Positions 12,794 to 25,564 of a DNA stretch of 64,000 nt are shown here, piece after piece; within the stretch, counting starts at the first letter, position 1; each line of letters begins with the position of its first letter. A program made the position numbers and the translations under genes. The notes beneath the pieces are model-generated. The model searched no databases. It was not told the origin of the DNA and saw only the letters and a list, made by a program, of their open reading frames with translations. This DNA comes from Camelus ferus. Its lineage: Eukaryota. The stretch is taken from the NCBI RefSeq assembly GCF_009834535.1, contig NC_045711.1, positions 25,234,001 to 25,298,000 of the forward strand, written 5' to 3'.

Positions 12794-15284
12794 CAGAGAG
12801 TTCCTCTCCCCAGACCAAAATGAATTGCAAGTTGCCACAACTCATGGTGGGGCCACAAGGTCCTCACAGTTGCCAGCCTTGCAGCTCCCCGGCCCCTCCC
12901 CAGCAGCAAAGACCATGTGGGTCATCTTCCTTGAAAGCCTGTCCACACTCTGCAGCAGAGGGTATGGCTGGAGGCACCAGAAGGCCAAGAGAGAGACCCA
13001 GAACATCAATTCTAAGGGGCCCTGGAGCCCCTAAGCCACCTGATCTGAGTGGCCCTAAAGGAAGACCAGCCCCAGTGGAAGGGGGGGTTGGGGGTAGGCA
13101 TAGCCCATCCCCAGGGCCATTGTCTCTTCCCACCCCTCCTCCAAGGGTCCTGTTGTCACACTCAGGCTGGAGACTCATTCATCTCCTACATTTTTGTGAA
13201 GGGAAGAGTTTGGGCTGCCTCCCCATACACCCGGAAGAGGAGGGTCCCAGCTAGACTCTTCAGCCAAACACCTTAGCTTTAGTCCCCACGCCTGCCCTGA
13301 GCACAGCCAGCCTCCTCCTCCCACTGGCTGTGCTAGGGAGCTGGAGTGCCAGGCTGGGGTGGGTAGGGGTGACTGGCCCCCTTCCAATTTATCCCGGGGC
13401 AGGGCTTAGCTTGACTCCACCCTTCCCACCCTGTCCATCTCCACTCTCTCCTCAGTTGTGGGGCCTGGCTCTTCCCTCCCCCAGGATCCCAGAGGGTCAG
13501 GGCAATAGATGCAAGGTGCTAGGGCATCGGCTGCAGTATTATGGCCCCAAGGCCTGGCAGGCATGCTCTGGGCAGGGGAAAGGCATCTCCCAACTGGCTC
13601 ACAGTCTCCCAGGCCCAGGATAGGAAGACACTGGTTGTGGCTGGGTGTCCAGCCTAGTGTGGGCGAGTCCTGTGATGTGGACAATCTAAATTGCTGATTG
13701 TCCCCAGGGCTCTGTGTTAGGAGATGGGTTGGTGGATTTTCACTCGAGGTCTGGAAGCTGCCTGGTTCTGTATGGATAGTGGGTAAGAGAGAGCTCAGCA
13801 TGGGTTCCTGCTCTGTGATGCTGGTGAGACCACGGGAAAGGCCAGCCTCAGGTGGTCCTCAGACCAAGGTCACAGATGTGGGAGATCACTCAGGAGCCCA
13901 CACACGTGTGTGCACATATACATCCCCCTGCAGATGTGCCCTTCCTCCTCTGTCACCAGGGGTCCCCCTGTCCATGACCTTCAGCATGGGAAGCAGCTCC
14001 CACTGGGAGTATTGCCACAGACCCCAGCTCCTTCATGGACCCCTCCTTGGCTGGGGCAGGGGAAAGAGAACCCCCAAAGAAGGACAGAGGTGGTCCCTCT
14101 TCCTACACTGAAGGCTTGGCTGCCTGCCACTGGCACCCTGAGCCCACCCCAGTCCCTCTCCCCATTCTCTGGGCCTAGGCCTGGGGCCACCCCAAGTGCC
14201 GACTCGACTTTCCCGGAGCCCCAGGTGCTGCCCTTTCCCTCCTGTTCTCTGTCCATATACTGCCTCAGCCCCTCCTGGTTCTCTCAGTGCTGGGGTGGGG
14301 CAGGCTCCCTGATTCCCACCACTGTGCAAAGCATCCCTTTGGCAGGCTTATTATAATTTTTCTAGAGAACACTCTATCCCTGTCATGCATGTGTCTTGTT
14401 TTAATTATTTGGGGGTGGGAGATGGGTGGGATGAAGGGAGCAGGTGGGTGGAGGCGGGAGAGGGAGAGGGTCTTTTTGTACCTATGAGGACTTGGTCCTC
14501 TTCCTTGGAGGGGGTCCTGGGATAGATGATTGGGCATGCCCCCCACCCCTCTGCCGTACATCTCTGTAGGGCCTTCCCTCATCCCTGCTCTCTCTGGGCC
14601 CAGAATTTAGAGCTGATGGGGAGGGAGGGCTCAGAAGAACTGGGACAGGAGAGCCCCCAGCAGCTGCATGAGGAGGATGGTCCAGGCTCCAGCTCTGTTC
14701 CCTGCAGCTGCTAAGGGCAGGATAACACCTTCTGCCTTACCAGCCGTATGCCTGGGCTTCTCCAGACATGGGCAGAAGCTGTACACTAAGAGGCTGCTGT
14801 CTATCACCTAGGTCCCATGAGCCCTGACCGCAAGGCCCCAGCTCACCCCTGGGAGGCCCCCACTGGGGTCACCATTTCCCTCACCACCCCAGGCAGCCCT
14901 TGGGGCAGCCCTGTGTAGAGCCCTCCTTTCTCTTTGGCCGGGGGGGGGGGGTAAGTCTCCCCTTCAGCATCAGGACAGTGGGCTCTGTTTTCTCAGTCAG
15001 TTCTGGGAAAGGGCCCTGGAGTCATTTTATTTCATTCCCTAAGGCTGTTGGGCCAAGAGCTTCTGCCAAGGGCAGTTGAAGACAGCTTCCCGCCTCCATT
15101 ATCAGTCAGAAAGGTCCACAGGACATCAGCGCAGCAAGACTGCCTAGCAAACATCCTGCGATTCTAGACCACCTCCCTCCCCTTTACAGATGGAAAACCT
15201 GGTGCCTTCGGAGGGGAGGTCCAGACCTAGACGCAGGCCTCGTGCTGCCATGCTTTCCTCAACCTCCAGGCTGCCAAAGGGGCC

Positions 15285-15290
15285 AATAAA
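15285..15290 (+). terminator. Candidate USH1G polyadenylation signal AATAAA
   Basis: First canonical AATAAA I found downstream of the stop (about 2.5 kb 3' UTR); usage unverified. Confidence 0.5.
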
Positions 15291-15685
15291 CGCGAGATTC
15301 TGCCCGCCGATGCTCCACGGGTTCCTCCGCCCTGCGACCCCTACTGGCCGTCCTGGTTACTGCCGACCTACCTCACGAAGGACCCGCCTCCTGGTGCGGT
15401 CGGTGGAGAGAAGGACATGGGGTTGAGGACTCGCAAAGACATCACAGAGAACAGATCCGAGCTTCAGCGCGGAGGCAGAGACTAACCGGAAGCAGTGGGC
15501 CCGGGGGTCTTCACGGGTCAATGTAGCTGGAGGGTGCAGGAAGCCTGAAGGGACTTTAAACATAGTGAAGGGAAGAATTTTACAGGGTATGGGCTCAACT
15601 TCCTCGACTCATTCCTCAACTTCCTCAACTCATTCCCCTAAACATTTAGATCGAGGTTAGGGAAATTCTAAAAAGCTAGAATAAT

Positions 15686-15844
15686 CAGTGGTTCTTAGCT
15701 TTGGGGGAGTAGAATCTGGTGCCAACACGGACACCTTCCTTGGGAAAACGCACACTGAGCGCACATACACTCACACAGTTTTCCTTGTAATTCTAGGCAG
15801 CTCGTGGAGCCGGCAGAAGTCCAGGGACCTCAGGTTAAGAAGCC
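15686..15844. mobile_element. hAT-Charlie MITE (MER5/MER112/MER117-like)
   Basis: Terminal inverted ends cagtggttctta... / ...aggttaagaa; subfamily uncertain. Confidence 0.65.
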
Positions 15845-16976
15845 TTATTTAGACTGCTGTGAAGTTACGTCAATAGACTGGATTACTGATTTGAGGAGGT
15901 GGAGGTGGTAGAATGAATCAGCGTCAGGAAGGGCCTCCGGGTGTGTGGCACAACCTTCTCATTTTGCAGATGAAATAACTGAGGCCAGAGGCAAGGGGCT
16001 GGCCAAAGACCACTGAGCAGCCAAGTGGATAAAGAAGCATTAGGTCTCCTGATGCATCCCAAGGTGCCAGCTGCCTCCTGTCTTCTTATTAGACCAGTCA
16101 TACCCCTGTCCTCCCAGCAGGTGCCTGTGTCACCTTCTCTGAGACAAGCCTGGGGTGTACGGGAGGTGGCAGTACTCAGGAGACAGCCAAACCTGGGCAG
16201 CAAAGCTGGTTCTGCCCCCTTCTAGCTGTGTTGCCTGGGGTAAGTTACCCAGCCTCTCTGAGTCGGTTTCCTCATCTATAAAATAGGTATTATAATGTAA
16301 GTGTTAACCCCACAGGTCATTAGGAGGGTGAAATGATAATGAATGTAAAGCACTTAACACACTGCCCGATATTTAGTGCACATCAGTAATAATGATCGCA
16401 GTTACCGGTGGTCTGAAACAGGCCTACGGGGCACTCTTTGCATTTGTGGCCCCAGCTGCCGCGTAGGTGCGTCCTAGGCAGTCCCAGGGAGCGGTCCTGC
16501 TTTTCTGACGCCTATATGAGAGTAAGCTCCAGCCCCATCCATCACACTCGCTCCTGGAGAGGGCCCTGGGCGCATCCTCATCTGACCAGCAGGGGGCGTT
16601 GATAATCCAACCCCGTGGTTAAGGAACAGTCAGCCAACGGTGGGCCAACCATAGAACTCACCTGTCCAGGATGGGTAGAGGGGCTGGGCTGAGAGAGGGC
16701 AGGTTGGGTCATGGGGTCACTGGACAGGATACTGAGGGGCTGTTTGGGAGGGTAAAAGCTTTGTGTCTCTAGCCTTTGTGTCCCCATCCAGAGATGGGGG
16801 AGCAAGCCTGCAGAAGCATTTCCTCCCAACCAGAGAATTCTACGTCTCCTTTCTGTCTTCTTGTCTCTTGGTCTCTCTGTCCCGTTTCTCCCTGTGACAC
16901 TGGGACTCCTGGTCTCATCATCTCTCCTCACCTTTCTGTTGTCTCATCACTCTAGGTCTCAATGTCTCGTGGTGTC

Positions 16977-17510
16977 TGTGACATAATAAGAACTATGTAA
17001 CTAGTCTCTGCNNNNNNNNNNNNNNNNNNNNNNNNNNNNNNNNNNNNNNNNNNNNNNNNNNNNNNNNNNNNNNNNNNNNNNNNNNNNNNNNNNNNNNNNN
17101 NNNNNNNNNNNNNNNNNNNNNNNNNNNNNNNNNNNNNNNNNNNNNNNNNNNNNNNNNNNNNNNNNNNNNNNNNNNNNNNCCCTCATCCTTTGGAGGGAAG
17201 GGAGAGGGGCTGGAGATTGAGTTAATAATTTATCATGCCGACATAATGAAGCCTCCATAAAAATCCCTAAACTATGGGGAGTCCGGCACAGAAGCTCCTG
17301 CCCTTAGGCCCCTCCTGGACCCTATGTGTCTCTTCACCTGGCGTTTCACGCATGTCCTTTACAATATGCATTATAAAAAAAAAAAAACGGTAAATGTAAG
17401 TAAAGTGCTTTCTGAGCTCTGGGAGCGGCTTTAGCAAATTACTGAACCTGAGGAGGCGGGTTGCGGGAAACCTCGTGTCTGTAACCAGATTGTCTCAAAC
17501 CTAAGCAGCC
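16977..17510 (+). mobile_element. MER21-like ERVL LTR, interrupted by gap
   Basis: tgtgacataataagaa start; gagaggggctggagattgagttaa and gtaaagtgctttctgagctctg...ctgaacctgaggagg match the recalled MER21 consensus. Confidence 0.8.
17012..17179. other. Assembly gap (168 N) within MER21-like LTR
   Basis: N run. Confidence 1.
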
Positions 17511-20500
17511 TGGCTCCTGCTTGGCTGTGTCTCTTCATGATGCAAGGCATTTATTGAGCGCCTGCTGTTTGTCAGCCCTTTACATCTGTGATTTCAGTGC
17601 AACCTCACAACAGCCTCATTTATTAAAGACAGGGGCTTCTTAAACCCATTTGATAGAGGAGAAAACTGAGACTCCAGAACACTAGGTCACCATCTGAGTC
17701 ACACAGCTGGTAGGAGAGGTGACAGAGCCTGACTCCCCACGTGCCTGACCCGGGACCGACTGCCTCTCATGGCCCCATTTCTATTGAGAAGGTTGAGGGC
17801 AGCAAGCCCTCCCCAGATTTCTATAGCTGAATGACTAAGTCCTCTGGGGTTTCGAGCCCGAGATGGGGAAACTTCCGGCAAGTCCATTCAGAGCTACAAA
17901 TGCCTGGTCTTTAGAGAAAAGCCCTTGCGGCATGCCAGTGTGGTGAGCCCTGGGAAGCCTTTTTATAAAGCTGCAAATCCCACGGGCCCTGTTGCTCGCT
18001 TCATTCAGTCTGGCTTCTTTATTCCACGGGCCTAGGTGAGTCTTCAAGGGCAAGTGTTCTGAGGGCAGTGGGACCCTCTCCCTGCTCCGGATATGTACGC
18101 ACCTGCCCCACAGGGGCTCCCCCTATCCCACAGAACCAACCACCCCTCAGAGCATCGTGTCTTCAAGTCTTACAACAGCCATCTGAGCTGGGCCAGGGCA
18201 GGAAGGCATTATTTACAAGCCCCATTTCAGAGATGCAACAACTGAAGTTCAGGGGGACAGATGACCTGCTAGCAAGTGCATAAACCAAGATGTCTATTTG
18301 CACTGCTGCACATGGCCAGCTGCCTTTTCAGAACACATATCTTGCACTTTCTACATCCCAGGAATGGCAAACCTGTGAGAACAGTATCACTGCCCCATCT
18401 CAAGGTAAGGCGATCAGGGCTCAGGCAGGCTAAGTCATTTCTCCAAGCCTCTGAGTGCAGAAGTGTCAGGGCTGTGGGATTCAGCGCCCAGACCCTGGCT
18501 CTTTCCATAGCTGCCCCAGCCTCTCCACACCCCATTCCCTGAGCCGCCTCCCCAGGTCAGAGCAGGAGCTCAGCTGGCAGGACTTGGAGAGGTGGGATGG
18601 GGGACAGATGGGACTCGCTGCTTCCTTCTCTTCCTCCATTCCTGTCATCTCCTCCTGTTCAGCCTTGAGTTATACCACAGACTGTTCTGTGCTTGTGTGC
18701 CCGTGTGTGTGCACGCGTGCGCGCGCGCGCACATGTGTGTGTGTGTGATTCGGGTGAGGATCCTGACTCAGAGCTTCCCGCGAGGCTTGCATATTTCTGT
18801 GAGCCTGAGTGTGCTTGTGTGTCTCTGTGGTTTTGCTCCCTAGTCTTTGCTCCAGGGCTTCCAAGTTTCCCGGAGGAGATATATGTGCACACATGTGTGC
18901 GTGTGTGGGTGTGAGCACACACACACACACACGGAGGGCCCCACCACTTTGTCTGGAGCCTATTTTAGACTCCTCCTCCCACTTTATCTATTTTTAGGGC
19001 CCAGCTTCTTCAGACAGAAGGTGGGAGCTCTGGGCATCCACTTTCTCTGGCCTCATCCCTCACCCTGAACCGAGGGTTCCAGAAAAGCTTCCTCCAGCCT
19101 CCCTCTCGGGGGCTGCCTTGTTGGGGGTCAGAGCCCCAGGGGCGGGTGTGGGCAGTAGGGGGAGAAGGACCACTGGTCCAGAAGGTGGGGAATGAGGTAG
19201 AAACAAATCTACCTTGTTGGGCAGCCAGGGTACCGAGCGACCTGGTGGGCCCTTCCCCTGGGCCGCAGTCCCAGGTTGGACTCATGGCTCTGACATTTGC
19301 TGGGGAGGCTAAATGTGATTCCAAGCCTCGATGTTTTCATCTGTAAGTGGGGATAATTATACCCCATGGCATAGGCCAGTTGTGGGGATAAACTACATAA
19401 AGCACTGGCCTTGACAGCCAGGAGGTGGAGGAGCAGCCCAGGGCCTGGCGGACAGGAATGTGGGGACTGGGGGGGCTCCATGAGCATCAGCCAGGCCTGG
19501 GCATCCCTGAGCTGGTGGCAGAGAGAACTGACATGCTGGATTGTCCCCAAACTCCCCTTCCCATGCTCAGCACAACTTCTGTGCAGCCTGTTTGGTATTG
19601 CAGAGCAGAAGTGGGAGGAATCAACATGCTCCCGAACCCCAGCCCTCTACACAGATGCACACACAGAAAACATGGGAAAGGAGGAGAGGGAAATAGGACT
19701 GAGCATAGTCAGGCCCTTTTCTCACTGGAAATGGAAACGATTTATTAGCATCATTACCGATACCAATATATGTGAGATTCAAATCATACCAATAGCCAAT
19801 ATAACAATAATGTGATAATTATAATAGTGCAAGGAATGGTATTAGTGATCATGTATCTACTGTGAGCATTTTCCCTTTTATTACATACCTGGTAAAGTAC
19901 ATAGCATCACCCTCATCCACTCCCAATCACCCTCTCAGAAAACTGAGGCTCAGAGAAGCCAAGTGACTTACCTAAGGTCACACAGCAAGGACTGGAACCT
20001 GAGTGTGTCTGTGTTCAGAGCCCCGCTCCAGACACTGTTCTCAGCTGCCTCCACACCGTGCAAGCACCACAGCCCTCACTCCCCTTCCAGCCCTGGCACT
20101 GGCCCCCCATCCCCAGGCCCAACTCACAACCTTGGGGCTACTGCATACCTCAGAGTCACTCACACACACTGGACTGTGGTGTTGAACTGACGCAGGGGGA
20201 GGGTCCAGGTGACCCTTGGAAAAATCGCACAAGGCAGGAGTCTGGGTTGCTAGGATCTCCAGCTTTGGGTTTTCAAGGACCTAAGTTGCTGAGGAACTTG
20301 GACAGGTAGCCTGGGCCTCTGTTTCCTGTAAGGTGGGGACAGACTAATGGCCCTTGAAGCTTCAGTAGTGTCCCCACAAGGTCAAGGTCAGCCCCTTTTC
20401 CTTCACCCCTCTCACTCCCTGACCTGCCTCTGGGCCATCACCAACCTGGCTTTGTCCCTGCAGAATGGGTAGCAGCCTGGAAGGTGGGGTGGAGGCTGCA

Positions 20501-21609
20501 AGGAGCTGTGGCCAGCTGAGAAAAGGTCCTTGGATGCGAGGCTGATGCTGAGAGACCCCGTCCGTGTGGCCCTGTGCTGCTGGAGCCAGGGGAGCTTGGG
20601 GTGCTAGTCCCACTCTCAGCTGACCAAGATCTGAGCCAGAGGCCAGGCCACTTCTCCCCTAGCTCACTCAGCCCCACCCCTGTGAATAATGCCACTTGCC
20701 TCCCGGAGCTGAGCCTCACCGGGCTTTGATGACTTGGCGGGTGGCATGAATGGGTGGAAGACAAAAAAGGGTTAAAGACTCAGTCACCTGGGCTTCAAGT
20801 GTAGAAATGGCTACCTTGCTGGCAGGAGGTGCCTTTCTAATCCACCCTGTGCCCCCCAGCCTCCCATACCAACCCTCCAGGTCTCCAAACCCATCCCTGA
20901 CTCTCAGGATCCCCCTCCAGGTCCTGGGGACAGGGCAGGGCTCCTTCCCACCCTACACCAACCACAACAATAATTAACCCCACTGAACCCCAGCAAGTAA
21001 AGATCTGAATCGCAGAAGGGAGGAATCATCGCCGCCCCAGGGAGGGGAACTCTGGAGGTCCCAGGAAGGCCAAATCCAGCATCACCTGACACCCCAATTC
21101 CCATGCTACTAATGCCTGGGTGGGCCCATGGGTGCTCAGCCCGGTGGGGGCCGGGATAGGGGCTCACCCTGTCTCAGGTCTGGATTGGAATCTTCTCTAC
21201 CATCTCATTTGTTTTAAACCTTTTCTCTCTTCCTTCTTTCTCTGGAGTCAGTTTCCATAATCTTCCCAAGCCTCCATCTAATCATTTACATAGCAAATGT
21301 TTACTGAACACCTACTACATGCCATACACTGTGTAAGGCCCAGGGAAGCAGTGTTGTTCAAAGAACAGGAAGGACCTGTCTCTCCAACAAGCCCCATTGC
21401 CTTCTCCTTCAGGCAGCCTGTTTTGACTCACACAAGTCTGCCCATCAGCTAGTAAATATCCAGCAGTGCTACAAGACACAGCGCTGGGCCTGACGGGTGT
21501 GAGTCTGTGTTGGGGGGCTGGGCAGTTTGGATATTATAGAGGAGGTTCAAGGAAAGATAAGGAAGGTGTGTGCAGGGCTGGTGCCCTCAGGAAGCTCCCT
21601 GTGCAGTCG

Positions 21610-22002
21610 GTGATGGGACAAAAACTGGCTGCATGGTCATTAATACTACTTCCTCTTCTGGGCATACAGGAAGGCTACAATCTGAAGTCTACCTGAGGTT
21701 AGGTTGGGGCTATCTGCCTGGGTTCTGGCCCAGGGGATGCAGATGGAAGTGACACAAGCCACTTTCAGAGCTGGAGCTAACACTACCTTTCTGTGTGTCC
21801 CTTCCAGTCCCAAGGCAATCACAGCGGCCTGTGTTGGAGATGGAGGCGTCACAGGAGGGAAGGGGCCTGAATCCCCAAGTCCCTACCTGACCCATAGTGG
21901 ACCATGATGTGAGCAAGAAAGTAAACCTGTGTTTTGTTTAGTCGCTGGGATTTTGGGCTTATTTGTCACAGCTGCGAGTGTTAACGTCTCCTGGTTAATA
22001 CA
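21610..22002 (+). mobile_element. MLT1-type MaLR LTR fragment
   Basis: 3' end ...tgtgagcaagaaagtaaacc...gggatttt...tttgtcacagc...ttaataca typical of MLT1J/K. Confidence 0.75.
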
Positions 22003-23165
22003 GGCAAATGACATAAAGCACATTGAACCCTATGGCCAGATCACAGTGTGAGAGAGGGACCGCTGCCGGGCAGTACACAACGGCTGATGTCTAATGCAAG
22101 CTGGGAGATGAGGAGGTCAGAGGAAGGGAGAGACACAGAGCTGGAGCACCCGACATACAGTACGTGCTCAGGAAAACTGGTTGAATGAGTAGAATATATG
22201 CTTTGGAAAAGCTTTACAGGGGTGGCTGAAGTGACCAGAGCCCCAGAGGATGGGTGGGGCTTGGATGAGGGATGAGAGTAGAGAAGTGAGAAAGCATGAT
22301 ACTTATCCAGGGGTCAAAGGTCAGGGAGCAGTCACTCTGGCCCAAGCAGGAGAGTAGTCAGAGATGGAGGTAGAACTTGGAGGCCCTCCAAGGCCGAGTT
22401 GAGCAATTTAGACTTTTGGTCATGGGCTAATGGTCTCCAAAGGGGGGTGTGCACACAATCTTTGGGAGGTACAGGGAGAAAATATTAAAATTCCTATTGA
22501 AGTTTATCTCACTCCATTTTTAGTGTGTATGAAGCTACTAAGGCTAAGAGAAGTTGAGTAACTTACCCAAGGTCACACAGTTAGCATGCCAGATTCCAAA
22601 GCTGTGCTCTGCACATATGCTGAATCTTGTGCAGACAGGAGAGGGGTTAAGCAGGGGCAGAGGCAGGTTTAGAGGAGGTGGCTGGGAGGCTGGAGACAGC
22701 CCCTAGCCCTGGGTGTCTCTGCCTTAGCAGCGGGCCTGCAGCCCATTGTAGGCAGAGGACAAGGAGCCTGCCCAGACCTGCCCCCAGCACCTGTTGTGAG
22801 AAGCCAAGCAGAGAGCCCTGATGGGGGCAGGCCTGCCTGGCCAACCACCCAGAGCCTTTCACCCCAGGCTCCGTTCTCACAATTTATTCTCACCTTTGCT
22901 GGGAGCTGGGAGGCAGAGGACGGGGTCTGAGAGCTCACAATGGGATGACAGAGAGAAAAGGAGAAGAGTTTGGTACATCAGCCACTCTGCCACTCCCACA
23001 CGCTCAGCTGCTAACCCCCAAGGCCAAGGGAGCCCAGGCGCCAGCCTCACCCTGCTCTCCTGCACTTTACTTACTGTGCTGGATTTATGGATGACATCTA
23101 CCTTCTGGTTTATGCCTCTGAAAAAAAACCCAATTATTCCCCAATTTTAAAAACAAAATAAAAAT

Positions 23166-23436
23166 ATTGGAAGTATAGTTGATTTACAATATTGTGCTAG
23201 TTTCAACTATACAGCAAAGTGATTCAGTGATACATATATATGCATATGTATGTATGTCAGATTATTTTCCATTATAGGTTATTATAAGGTATTGAATCTA
23301 GTTCCATGTGCTCTACAGTAACTCCTTGTTGCTTATCTATTTTATGTGTAGTAGTTTGTATCTGTTAATCCCATACTCCAAATTTATCCCTCCCCCTACC
23401 TCCTCTCCCCTTTGGTAACCGTAAGTTTGTTTTCTA
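23166..23436 (-). mobile_element. L1 3' end (cetartiodactyl/camelid type)
   Basis: gaagtatagttgatttacaat...cagcaaagtgattcag...ggtaaccgtaagtttgtttt; related copies at 25841-26065, 37555-37932 and 42263-42459. Confidence 0.85.
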
Positions 23437-23439
23437 AAA

Positions 23440-24860
23440 TAAAGCAAATGTTTTCATTAAAATAGAGTATACATCCAGAAAAATGTACACATCATAACAA
23501 GGTAGCAGGATGAATTTTTACAAACTGAACACAGTCAAGGATAATTAACATCCTATCAAGAAACAAAGTATTTACCAGCCTCCAGAAATCCCTTGTGTGC
23601 CCTGGTTACTACCCCTTAGGCGGTAACGGCCGCCCTAAGCCTGTTTTTGAACTTGTATGAACGGAATAAGATTGAGGCTGGGCTCTGCTGTGTTTGGTCT
23701 CTCTTGTTCAACATCAGGTATGGGCTGAATGGTACTCCACGGCATGTGTACACTACATTTTATTTATCATTCTCCTGCTGGGGTACATTTGAGTTGTCCC
23801 CAGTTTTTGCCTATTTTGGGTAACGTTGCTGTGAACGTTTGTGTATGTTTATTCATGTTTCTGTTGAGTACCTCAGGAAGCCATGTGTCCAGCTTTAGTG
23901 AAGCTCTTGCCATTTTAAAGGAAGACCTGCTTTGTTGTCTTGTTTTTCCTTATTCGACTTTATTGACGTCTAATGAACTATAATAAGACGCACCCATTTT
24001 GAGTGTGCAGGTCAGTTACTTTTGACAGATGTATGCACCTGTGTAAACACCACCACAATCAAGATACAGAGTATTTTCATCATCCCAGACGGTTTCCTCA
24101 TGTCCCTTTGCAATTAGTATCCCCCACCCACTCCTCCCCAGGCAAGGACTGACTTGATTTCTATCACTAGGTATTGGTTCTGCCCATTCTTGGACTTCTT
24201 ATAAATGGGATCATACAGTAAGTAATTGTATCTTCTTACCCTCCTCATAATTTCTGAGAGATTATACCTATCAGAGCATCCAGTGTTACTGGACCGTCTC
24301 CTCCTTGTTATGAGGTAGGCTGTCTGCATCCTAGTTGGTGTATCCATTCTCCTGTTGGTGGACATTTAGGCTGCCTCCGCTTTGGCTGTGATGAATGACG
24401 CTGCAACGATTGTCCAGGTTCACATCATCCTTCCTTTCTGGAGGGGGAAGGTAATTAGGTTTACCACTTGAGCTATACCCTCCCCCCAACATCTTAACAT
24501 GGTCACGTATTTCATTACTCCTGAGTGAATACCTGGGAGCTGAATCGCTGTGTCATAGGGTAAGTGCATATTTACCTCACAAGGAACTGCCGAACTGTTT
24601 TCCAAGGAGTTTGTACAACTTTTCACTCTTAGCAATGAAACAGAGGTCGGTTACTCCGCATCCCCTTGCCAACGCTCAGTGTTGCCTGGCTGTTTAATTT
24701 TAGCCATTCTCCAGGTCTGAAGGACTCTCTCATTGGGATTTTAATTTGCATTTTCCTGAAGACTAATGACGTGGAGCATCTTTTCATGTGTTTATTGGCC
24801 ATTTGTACCTTTCCTTTGGTGAACTGTTAGTTCAAGTCTATTCCCCCATCTCCCATTCCA
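23440..24860 (-). mobile_element. Ancient L1M (L1MB/MC/ME-type) fragments
   Basis: aaactgaacac, caccacaatcaagatacagagtattttcatc, gaatacctgggagctgaatcgctgtgtcatagggtaag, actaatgacgtggagcatcttttcatgtg motifs. Confidence 0.8.
24436..24487 (-). mobile_element. Internally deleted vic-1-like tRNA-derived SINE
   Basis: Minus strand GGGGGGAGGGTATAGCTCAAGTGGT joined directly to AAACCTAATTACCTTCCCC; box A present, box B absent. Confidence 0.65.
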
Positions 24861-25518
24861 CAGCCCCGCCCCTGCCACCTACACCCTCCGTACCCTCTTG
24901 TTTGAGTCTGTTCTTAATTGTCTGCCTCTCTCCAAGGAGGCTACCAGTCAGCCCCATCCCACGGGGATTCTTGGCTCTTCCAAGCTCCTCTAATACGTCT
25001 GCCTCTGCTCCTGTTTGACACAGCACATCTCCTTACAGCATCACTTAGATGTCCAGCAGGTTACCAAAGCCTGGAGAGGGGCTTCTTGGTACCAGGAAGT
25101 TCCCTAGTCTATATAATAAAACCAGTGGGATTCTGCCTTTATCAAATTGTAATGTTGCATATTAATATCGAATATGCTTTTAAAAATTGTAGATATCCCC
25201 TTCCTGAAAATGCTAGTATATTGGAGAGGGAGGAACTTGAAGGTGGGATAGGGAGGGGGAAGTGCAACTCCCCCTTCTCTGTCTTGGGAATCTCTGATAA
25301 AAACAAAAGATAATTGGATTTAGAGGAGACGTCCTGGATTAGAGTTCTACTTCTGCCATTTTGGCACTGTGGGGTGGGTGTGGGCAGATCAGTTCATCTC
25401 TCTGGGCCTCCATCAATTAAATGGGGATGGTGTCATCCTTGCAAGTTGTTGTGAGTTGTAGGGACTAGACAAGACCTGATGAGTATGTGGAAGTCAACAG
25501 TAAACTCTAAGGAGCCAG

Positions 25519-25520
<2 letters not shown>

Positions 25521-25562
<42 letters not shown>
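25521..25562 (+). repeat. (GT)21 microsatellite
   Basis: Perfect dinucleotide run. Confidence 0.95.
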
Positions 25563-25564
<2 letters not shown>

